Source of the DNA: an uncultured Rikenella sp.
GTDB taxonomy: Bacteria > Bacteroidota > Bacteroidia > Bacteroidales > VadinHA17
NCBI GenBank assembly: GCA_964411345.1
Contig: CAYPKP010000001.1
Location: 85,906-149,905, forward strand
Direction of reading: 5' to 3'
DNA length: 64,000 bases
Made by a program: the position numbers and the translations under genes. A model generated the notes under the pieces. It was not told where the DNA came from and made no database searches. It was given only the letters and a program-made list of their open reading frames with translations. Positions 19,647-27,130 of this stretch are shown one piece after another; position 1 is the first letter of the stretch, and every line of letters starts with the position of its first letter.

Positions 19647-21074
19647 TTACTTACCGCTGAATTTTCTGTATGTTTCAATGAATGATGAAACATCTTCGGC
19701 AGCCAGCCGTTTGGCTATGATCTTCTTCTCCCTGTCGAGAATATAGATGAGAGGAGTGGAATCGACATTGTAAAAATAGTCAAACCGGCTCATCCGTTCA
19801 GGATCCCAGCCGTTTATCCAGCTGAGTCCGTGGTCAACAATGTACTTCTCCCATTTTTCCCTGTCGTGCTGGGTGCAAACGGCGAAGACCTCTATGCCCT
19901 TGTTCCTGTTCGCCTTGTAATAATCGCGCAGAAGGGGTGTGGCCACCTTGCAGTGGCCGCAGTCAGGCTCCCAGAAGTAGACTATTGTATAGTCAGCCTC
20001 AACGTCATAAAGAGAGACGTAATGGCCGGCAAAGGAGTTCATAAGAAGTTCCGGCGCCTTTTGTCCAATCAGGTTTGGTCTCAGCCTGCCGACTCTCTTT
20101 TCCAGTTCTGCAAGGTACTCCTTCGTTGCCCACGGGGCCTTGCCGGCCAGGTATACTTTATCTGCCAGGTGTACTACAACCGCGTCATGACCCATGATCT
20201 CACTTGAAGCGTACCTGTTCATGATCCAGACGGTCACGTACTGGTAGACATCGTCATTCACGGCGCTCTTTCCGAGGAGCCTGTCGGCCTCCATGATGAT
20301 GGAGTCGGGCATCTGGATGACCACCTGTCTGAAAAACTGCTCGAGCCTGCCGCCCAGTATCGGACTTCTTATAAGTCCGGGTTGGGTGAGGTCGACGTTA
20401 TCGAAGAAATGATCCTTATAATGGATGTACGAAAGCAGCCTGCTTACCGAGTCGCGGTTGGCCGTGCCGGGGGGGAGCACAGGAACATAAGGCTCGGGAG
20501 GAATGATTGATCTGGCGATTGCACCGAGAAGGGTTCCCCTGTTGGTTTCCGCAGTCTGATGAAGATACTCTTTCATCCTCTTCTCCTGGGCTGCAAGTTT
20601 CTCCTTCCGCAGAGCAGCCTCCTTCACGGAAAGGCTCGAATCCCTTAGTCCGGATGAAAGACTGACTGCCTCTTCCTGAAGCACCTTCCATTTTCTCTGA
20701 TATTCAAGGAACCTCTGGTTTTCATCTGAACCTTTGAAGGAGAGTGTCGCTCCCGGGTTTTTTACATCACATCTGATATCAAAATGCTGGTCCTCTCCCA
20801 CGAGGAATTCGAAGAAGGTATTTTGAGGAAGGACGATCATATAGACGCCGGGAGGCAGGCGGTCAGGACCTGTGAAGTTGCATCGGCCGCCATTGTCGGC
20901 AACCAGGCTGTCTCTGACATACTGCTGGGCTCCGACATGATATGCCAGTCTGATGCCGGAGTGCGGAGCACCGTCGACCGTTACGCTGATTGAGTGGCCG
21001 GGCTGCCCGTTCAGGACTCCGGCAAGAGAGATGAAAGCAATGATATATGTTGCTGCGAGGTGTCTGATGTTCAT
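19647..21074 (-). CDS. TlpA-family thiol:disulfide oxidoreductase (thioredoxin-like) with N-terminal accessory domains
   Basis: Signal peptide followed by a C-terminal redoxin domain with WEPDCGHC (a CxxC motif). The 475-aa length is typical of Bacteroidota DUF4369/DUF5106 plus thioredoxin fusions. Confidence 0.85.
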   Translation of the reverse strand: MNIRHLAATYIIAFISLAGVLNGQPGHSISVTVDGAPHSGIRLAYHVGAQQYVRDSLVADNGGRCNFTGPDRLPPGVYMIVLPQNTFFEFLVGEDQHFDIRCDVKNPGATLSFKGSDENQRFLEYQRKWKVLQEEAVSLSSGLRDSSLSVKEAALRKEKLAAQEKRMKEYLHQTAETNRGTLLGAIARSIIPPEPYVPVLPPGTANRDSVSRLLSYIHYKDHFFDNVDLTQPGLIRSPILGGRLEQFFRQVVIQMPDSIIMEADRLLGKSAVNDDVYQYVTVWIMNRYASSEIMGHDAVVVHLADKVYLAGKAPWATKEYLAELEKRVGRLRPNLIGQKAPELLMNSFAGHYVSLYDVEADYTIVYFWEPDCGHCKVATPLLRDYYKANRNKGIEVFAVCTQHDREKWEKYIVDHGLSWINGWDPERMSRFDYFYNVDSTPLIYILDREKKIIAKRLAAEDVSSFIETYRKFSGK

Positions 21075-21135
21075 TGGTTGAGTGGTTGATCCTTTTCAGT
21101 TGTACAATTTTCCTGCCATAACCGGGAGATACAGG

Positions 21136-21837
21136 TCAGTGGTTGATGTCCATCCGCAATATCTCCGCCTGGCCGGGGCCTGTCATTACTGCCCTGAGCA
21201 CGAAGTTGAAGCGGTTCAGATCGGTACAGAGAAAGAAATCCGTTGGCGGACTGAAGTTGATATTGGCAGGGTCAAAGAACCTTCTTCCCGAATCTTTTCT
21301 CAGTGCCTCAATCTCCGGTGAGATATCTCTTTCGTGACCCATTAGCAGGTCTTTGATATAACGGGCGCACAACAGGTCTTCTGCCGCTGATTCGACGGCC
21401 CTGTAACCCATGGCCACAAGTGTCACTTGATCAGGATTCAGCATTGTGATGTATGAGGCCACTGCCCCTGCATTGACAAGTCCTGCGCCAAATACCCAGG
21501 TGGCACCTGACGCATTGACAATGCCGTTTGTTCCGGCGGTGGTGCAGTGTATCATGGTTTTTCCCTCCAGCCGGCCGGTGAGCATCTCTGTGGGACTGTT
21601 GCCGAGGTCAAATCCCTCAGGTTTCATTTCATTCTGTTCTCCTGCAATAATTGTGTCTGCCCCAAGTTTATCCCTTAGGGCAAAGGCTTCATCAGGTGTT
21701 GCCACGTCAATCAGGCGTTTTATTCCGCTGTCAAAAGCATAGCATGCCGTACTGAATGCGCGGAAGACATCGATGACAACTGTCACACCCTGAGCCTCCT
21801 GAGCCCCCTTGACGAACTCTTTTATGGTGATTTCCAT
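21136..21837 (-). CDS. comB: 2-phosphosulfolactate phosphatase family protein (ComB-like)
   Basis: 233 aa. The N-terminal VVIDVFRAFST motif and the overall length match the ComB family. Confidence 0.75.
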   Translation of the reverse strand: MEITIKEFVKGAQEAQGVTVVIDVFRAFSTACYAFDSGIKRLIDVATPDEAFALRDKLGADTIIAGEQNEMKPEGFDLGNSPTEMLTGRLEGKTMIHCTTAGTNGIVNASGATWVFGAGLVNAGAVASYITMLNPDQVTLVAMGYRAVESAAEDLLCARYIKDLLMGHERDISPEIEALRKDSGRRFFDPANINFSPPTDFFLCTDLNRFNFVLRAVMTGPGQAEILRMDINH

Positions 21838-21888
21838 CTGTTAAAGTTCAAAGTGTGAAGATAACAATACTGTTTGAAGATGATTTCT

Positions 21889-21896
21889 TAAATTTG
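21889..21896 (+). promoter_or_regulatory. -7 promoter box TAAATTTG upstream of the yihY-like gene
   Basis: Exact TAnnTTTG match, 28 nt before ATG 21925. Confidence 0.5.
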
Positions 21897-21924
21897 CTTT
21901 CCGTGAGTTGAGGACCAAAAACCG

Positions 21925-23259
21925 ATGAGATCGCTCGATAAAATAAGCCAGGCAATCCGGCAGAGATCCCGACAGGTCTGGAATATCCTTGCAGGCAGCA
22001 TCAGGAGTTCCAAGCCTTACTGGGTGAGACAGGGGAGGATCATCTATCTCCTTTACAAGGGAATAAAGAGAGATAACATATACATAAAAGCCTCTGCGCT
22101 CACCTTCTTTTCAATCCTGTCCGTCATACCCCTTGTAGCCCTGGCATTTGGCATTGCCAAGGGTTTCGGGCTCCATGATGAGCTGAGGGCTCAGATCATC
22201 ATGCAGTTCCATAACCAGGAGCAGGTGATGAACTGGATACTTGATTTTGCCAACAACACCCTTGAGCAGACCAGTGGCGGCTGGCTCGCAGGTATCGGGG
22301 TGGCTTTTCTCTTCTATACTGTAGGACAGCTTCTAAGCTATGTTGAGAGCACCTTCAACTCCATCTGGAAGGTGGAAGAGACGAGGGTATGGTACCGTCA
22401 GCTGACCGACTATCTTGCCATCATCTTCCTTGTGCCTGTGATCTTCATTGCCTCCAGCAGTGTAACGGTACTGGCAACCACCAGGCTGAACGAACTGCTC
22501 AGCAGGTCTGACATGCTTGAGGGACTGAAGCCGGTTGTCTCATTCCTTGTTCAGCTCCTTCCCTTCATCCTGCTCTGTCTTGTATCGACGGCTGCATTTC
22601 TTGTGATGCCCAACACCCGGGTCAAGGTCAGGTCAGCAATCATCGCAGGCATAATTGCAGGCATAGCCCTGCAGCTCATCCAGATACTCTATGTTGAAGC
22701 GCAGGTTGGCCTCACCAGGCTAGGTACCCTCTACGGTAGCTTTGCGGCCATTCCGCTGCTGATGATATGGATGCAGATGAGCTGGGTTGTACTGCTGATG
22801 GGTGCCCAGCTGTCATATTACATGCAGAACATTACCCGGTATGAGTTTGAGTTTGACGTACAGAATGTATCTCCCCGTCAGAAGAAGAGGCTCTCGCTGC
22901 TGGTGATGCATGCGCTTGTCACGGATTTCATCCGGGGAGCCAGGCCCAAGGCCCCGGAAGAGATATCAGAGCAGCTGAGCCTGCCGGCGCGCACGGTGCA
23001 TGAATGTCTTGATCTGCTCAGGGATTCGGGGATGGTGACAGAAGTATGGGATGATGCCGGGGAGAGATATATCTATCAGCCCGGCACGGACATCAACAAG
23101 ATGACACTCTCGTTTCTGCTGGAGAAACTTGAGACATCAGGTTCCATGCACAAGATCGTCATCAACAACTCCGAATACAGGAAGATTGATGCTGCCCTGA
23201 CCAGATTCGAGACACTTGTTGCATCATCCGAAGGCAATGTTCTGTTGCGGGACCTCTGA
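21925..23259 (+). CDS. YihY/BrkB family membrane protein with C-terminal soluble extension
   Basis: Six predicted TM helices and the family region ASALTFFSILSVIPLVALAFGI. A roughly 130-aa C-terminal cytoplasmic domain follows. Confidence 0.85.
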   Translation: MRSLDKISQAIRQRSRQVWNILAGSIRSSKPYWVRQGRIIYLLYKGIKRDNIYIKASALTFFSILSVIPLVALAFGIAKGFGLHDELRAQIIMQFHNQEQVMNWILDFANNTLEQTSGGWLAGIGVAFLFYTVGQLLSYVESTFNSIWKVEETRVWYRQLTDYLAIIFLVPVIFIASSSVTVLATTRLNELLSRSDMLEGLKPVVSFLVQLLPFILLCLVSTAAFLVMPNTRVKVRSAIIAGIIAGIALQLIQILYVEAQVGLTRLGTLYGSFAAIPLLMIWMQMSWVVLLMGAQLSYYMQNITRYEFEFDVQNVSPRQKKRLSLLVMHALVTDFIRGARPKAPEEISEQLSLPARTVHECLDLLRDSGMVTEVWDDAGERYIYQPGTDINKMTLSFLLEKLETSGSMHKIVINNSEYRKIDAALTRFETLVASSEGNVLLRDL

Positions 23260-23263
23260 CAGG

Positions 23264-23965
23264 TCACTTGTTGCGAAAGGGAGAGAGGCGGAACCGTCTG
23301 ACATACCGTATCAGCTCTTCCAGTGAATTCCAGTTGTCAAAGAGATAATGTGGCGCATCAACTATTATCTGCCTGGTCTCGGGGTGCATGGACCAATAGC
23401 TGATCAGGTTTGACGCCCTGAAGACCCGGTCCTCAGAGCCTATCAGCGAATAGTCCCATGCAAATCCTGTCTCCACCGGTTCCATCATCCTGTTGTAGAG
23501 CCATCTGAGCTCATCATGCAGCGATTTTTCCGAACGTGACGGGATATTCTGCCTGTTCATCTCGAACCGGCTTCTGGTGCCAAAAAGCCTGAGATAGAAC
23601 TTTCCCATACTGTAGTTCGATATATTCTCCAGTGTTGCTTCAAATATCCTGAGAGGGATGCCGTATTTGTCATCGGCAGCCACCGGAGTGCCGTTGATGG
23701 CAATTGTAAGGTCAGGCTTGATCCCCATCTTGCGGCTGTAATATTCGGCTGCCCAGACTCCCAGTGACCATCCGATGACAGTCACCCTGCGGTAGGTCTT
23801 CATCTCCGGAAGAATAAGCGGCTCGTCGGCGGAATAGTTGTAGAACAGGATGAAATCAAACCTGTCGGTACAAAGATTTGAAAATGCTTTTTCATCAATA
23901 CCCCACGTCCCGAAGAGAATTACCAGGTCCCTGTTATTCTCAAATCTTCTCAGGAAAGTTTTCAT
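23264..23965 (-). CDS. bioG: DUF452 family alpha/beta hydrolase (BioG-type pimeloyl-ACP methyl ester esterase-like)
   Basis: The sequence has LVILFGTWG...FILFYNYS...VIGWSLGVW, a GxSxG nucleophile elbow. I chose ATG 23965 (MKTFLRRF). The ORF-track start at 23977 is a TTG four codons upstream. Confidence 0.7.
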   Translation of the reverse strand: MKTFLRRFENNRDLVILFGTWGIDEKAFSNLCTDRFDFILFYNYSADEPLILPEMKTYRRVTVIGWSLGVWAAEYYSRKMGIKPDLTIAINGTPVAADDKYGIPLRIFEATLENISNYSMGKFYLRLFGTRSRFEMNRQNIPSRSEKSLHDELRWLYNRMMEPVETGFAWDYSLIGSEDRVFRASNLISYWSMHPETRQIIVDAPHYLFDNWNSLEELIRYVRRFRLSPFRNK

Positions 23966-23976
23966 TGGCAGGTGCA

Positions 23977-24164
23977 AAAGAAAAAAGAGGAGAGGGTTAC
24001 CGTGGTACTTTAAGGAACGGGCTTATGAGATAATCCCGGAATCTACTGTCTGATAAAAGGAAGTAACCTATGGTAGTCAGCCTATAGGTCCATGTGAAAG
24101 TCAATGTCTGCAATACAATCCTATTGATTCCCACAGGTAACCCTTACTCTCCTCTTTTTATTTT
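23977..24164. repeat. about 185-nt element bounded by an imperfect ~28-bp inverted repeat (structured RNA or MITE-like)
   Basis: The left arm AAAAGAAAAAAGAGGAGAGGGTTACCGTGG (23977-24005) pairs with the right arm CCACAGGTAACCCTTACTCTCCTCTTTTTATTTT (24131-24164). The paired blocks are 13, 7 and 4 bp plus an A/T extension, with two bulges. An internal hairpin ACCTATGG-tagtcag-CCTATAGGT lies at about 24065-24089. Confidence 0.6.
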
Positions 24165-24331
24165 AAAGCATTAGCTTTTGACAAATATAACACTTTATTT
24201 TTCACAAAGCAAATTTTTGAATTATTTGTGAATCTATCTCTAGGAGGGCGGATTGCCATCTCATTTAGTTTGCTTATTTTTATTCGGGATATCGGATCAT
24301 TACCAGGCACTGCACCAAACAGATATTTTTT

Positions 24332-25180
24332 ATGATACCTGAAATAATTACCATCAGGCACGACGACGGCTCAGGCTTCAGGGCCGGGTGGATTGACAAT
24401 GAGAGCAGCTTTCTTCATGTCCATCCTGAATATGAGATAGTTTTGAATATCACCGGAAACGGCACCCGTGTTGCCGGAGACTCCGTTGAGATTTTCGATC
24501 ATTATGACCTGGTCTTCTACGGTCCCGACCTCCGTCACTTCTGGAATTTTTACGACAACGGCGGGGACGACCGGGAGAAGCATGCCATTATGTGCCATTT
24601 CAGGCGTGAGTCATTGGGAGAGGCTCTTCTCTCTCAGTTTGAGATGGTCGATTTGCGCCGTCTGCTTGATGAGGCGGGAAGAGGCATAGCATTCACTGCC
24701 GAGACCGGCAGGGCTGCCGAAGAGCCGATGCGAAGGCTTCTCTCCGATACCGGAATGAAGAAGATGGTGAGCCTGTTCCGGCTCTTTGAGATTCTCTCGT
24801 CGGCGGAGAAATACAAGTTTCTGGCAGGAGATGCTGCCGCCGGCACCCGTGATATGACTGACAGCAGGCTCACCGCCGTCTGCGCATTTGTGAGGGATAA
24901 CTTCTTCCGGCCCATACCCGTAAAAGAGGTCGCAGCCATTGCAAAGATGAGCCCTCATTCCTTCAGCCGCTTCTTTTCGCGCAGCACGGGCAGCGGATTC
25001 GTCGATTACGTCAACCAGGTGCGAACCAACAAGGCCTGTTATCTTCTTCGCGAGACTGACCATCAGATAAACGAGATAGTATTTGAATGCGGCTTCGCCA
25101 CAGTGTCAAACTTCAACAAGCAGTTCCGCAAACATGCAGGCATGTCGGCGCGCGACTACAGGGCGCAGTACCGGAGCTGA
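24332..25180 (+). CDS. AraC family transcriptional regulator (cupin sensor plus HTH)
   Basis: N-terminal cupin-like domain and a C-terminal double HTH (VKEVAAIAKMSPHSFSRFF...INEIVFECGFATVSNFNKQFRK). Confidence 0.9.
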   Translation: MIPEIITIRHDDGSGFRAGWIDNESSFLHVHPEYEIVLNITGNGTRVAGDSVEIFDHYDLVFYGPDLRHFWNFYDNGGDDREKHAIMCHFRRESLGEALLSQFEMVDLRRLLDEAGRGIAFTAETGRAAEEPMRRLLSDTGMKKMVSLFRLFEILSSAEKYKFLAGDAAAGTRDMTDSRLTAVCAFVRDNFFRPIPVKEVAAIAKMSPHSFSRFFSRSTGSGFVDYVNQVRTNKACYLLRETDHQINEIVFECGFATVSNFNKQFRKHAGMSARDYRAQYRS

Positions 25181-25255
25181 TGCCCTGCAACGAACCGGTG
25201 CCCTGAATTGACAAACCAGATGACTTTTTTCATGCCGGCACTGGTTCCTTAATGC

Positions 25256-25263
25256 TAAATTTG
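25256..25263 (+). promoter_or_regulatory. -7 promoter box TAAATTTG upstream of the first aconitase-family gene
   Basis: Exact TAnnTTTG match, 32 nt before ATG 25296. A canonical AGGAGG at 25284-25289 follows, 6 nt before the ATG. Confidence 0.5.
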
Positions 25264-25295
25264 CAGTTAAACAATCAAAAAACAGGAGGCTTACT

Positions 25296-27113
25296 ATGGG
25301 AATGACCATCACTGAGAAGATAATTGCATCACACTCCAAATATGAGACGGTAAGACCGGGAGAGATCATAGACATTACGATCGATGCGCGGGCTGCGCGG
25401 GATTTCGGAGGCGCCAATGTGGTCAGGAATCTGACCGAATACGGTCTGGCGGTAGCTGACCCGGAAAAGACACTCTTTACTTTCGACTGCAACCCTACGG
25501 GGTCAGACCAGAAATATGCCGTCAATCAGCATATATGCCGGCAGTTTGCACGTAACAATGATATCCCACTGTATGATATTGATGCCGGCATCGGAACTCA
25601 CCTGCTGATTGAAGAGGGGTATGTATGGCCCGGAGCCACTGCCGTATCCACCGATTCACATGCCAACATCCTGGGAGCCGTAGGTGCCTTCGGTCAGGGC
25701 ATGGGAGACATGGATATTGCAGCCACCTGGAACAGTGGCAAAGTGTGGTTTAAGGTGCCGGCCTCGGCAAGGATAAACCTGGTCGGCAAGCTGCCCGGCA
25801 ATGTTACCGCCAAGGATGTCATCCTGAACCTCTTAAGCATATACGGGGCCAATACGTTACTGGGATACAGCATAGAGCTGTACGGAGAGGTTGTTGATGC
25901 CATGCCTCTGGATGAGCGCATCACCATTGCCTCAATGGGAACGGAGATGGGAGCCATCATCATCCTTTTCCCCCCGTCGGAGGAGATCATAAACTATTGC
26001 CGTACACGCGCCAGGTCATCATTCGAACCGGTATATGCTGATGCTGATGCCAGCTATGAGCTCACTGCTGATATCGACGTGAGCAGGTTCGTGCCAATGG
26101 TGTCGCGGCCTGGCGAGCCTCATGATGCTGTGCCGGTAAGGGAGCTGCCTCAGACAAAGATTGACTCTGCCTTTATCGGCAGCTGTACCAACGGCAGGAT
26201 GGAGGATATGCGAATTACGGCGGCTATTCTCCGTGACAGGAAGGTGGCGCCGGGAGTTGTGCTGAAGATAGTGCCCTCCACGGATGCCGTCTGGAAGCAG
26301 TGTCTTGATGAAGGTCTCCTGACCGTCTTCAAGCAGGCCGGAGCACTGGTTTCCAATGCCGGATGTGCCGGATGTGCGGCAGGGCAGGTGGGACAGAACG
26401 GGAAAGGAGAGGTGACCGTCAGCACCGGCAACAGAAACTTCCCCGGCAAACAGGGCCAGGGAAGCGTCTTCCTCGCCTCTCCGGCCGTGGTGGCCGCCTC
26501 GGCAGTGGCAGGTTACATTACAACTCCTGACGCAATACCTGACGAACCGGCGAAGTTCGCAAGGACAGCCTCACGGAAGGAACCTGCTGACAGCAGCCAC
26601 AGGCAGACAGGTGAAGAGAAGCCGACAGTGATAAGAGGAAGGGTATGGCTGATAGAACGCGACAATATTGATACCGACATGATCTTCCATAACCGGTACC
26701 TGGCCATTACCGACATTCGGGAGATGGGACAGTATGCCTTTGACAATCTGGAAGGCTACAGGGAGTTCGCAAAGCGAGCAGAGCCGGGCGACATAATCGT
26801 CACCGGCAAGAACTTCGGCAGCGGAAGCTCACGTCAGCAGGCTGTGGACTGCTTTGTTTCACTGGGAGTGCAGGCGGTTATGGCACGATCGTTCGGGGCT
26901 ATCTATGAGCGCAATGCCATCAATGCTGCATTCCCCGTTCTGACCTATGCCTCGCTGGAGGAGATCGACCTCGCGGATCATGACATCATCGCGGTGAATC
27001 TGCTGACCGGGGATGTCATCAATGAACGGAACGGACTGACCACCACCGTCAATCCTTTCTATGATGCACAGTATGAGATATATGTCAGGGGCGGTTTATT
27101 GGGAAAAATCTAA
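25296..27113 (+). CDS. aconitase-family hydro-lyase, fused large (LeuC/HacA-like) and small (LeuD/HacB-like) subunits, copy 1
   Basis: The N-terminal roughly 415 aa carries Fe-S ligand motifs (DSHANILG, FIGSCTNGRMEDM, NAGCAGCAAGQ). A roughly 45-aa linker follows, then a roughly 165-aa swivel domain (DNIDTDMIFHNRYLAIT, GKNFGSGSSRQQA). Confidence 0.88.
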   Translation: MGMTITEKIIASHSKYETVRPGEIIDITIDARAARDFGGANVVRNLTEYGLAVADPEKTLFTFDCNPTGSDQKYAVNQHICRQFARNNDIPLYDIDAGIGTHLLIEEGYVWPGATAVSTDSHANILGAVGAFGQGMGDMDIAATWNSGKVWFKVPASARINLVGKLPGNVTAKDVILNLLSIYGANTLLGYSIELYGEVVDAMPLDERITIASMGTEMGAIIILFPPSEEIINYCRTRARSSFEPVYADADASYELTADIDVSRFVPMVSRPGEPHDAVPVRELPQTKIDSAFIGSCTNGRMEDMRITAAILRDRKVAPGVVLKIVPSTDAVWKQCLDEGLLTVFKQAGALVSNAGCAGCAAGQVGQNGKGEVTVSTGNRNFPGKQGQGSVFLASPAVVAASAVAGYITTPDAIPDEPAKFARTASRKEPADSSHRQTGEEKPTVIRGRVWLIERDNIDTDMIFHNRYLAITDIREMGQYAFDNLEGYREFAKRAEPGDIIVTGKNFGSGSSRQQAVDCFVSLGVQAVMARSFGAIYERNAINAAFPVLTYASLEEIDLADHDIIAVNLLTGDVINERNGLTTTVNPFYDAQYEIYVRGGLLGKI

Positions 27114-27130
27114 CAACTATATCATTGCAC

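Noticed and set aside
24158-24361. 67-aa minus-strand ORF, plus the 67-aa plus-strand ORF at 23850-24053, in the bioG/araC intergenic region
   Set aside because: They show no signal peptide, motif or promoter-box support and have AT-rich random-looking composition. They overlap the inverted-repeat element and the araC start. I treat the region as non-coding.
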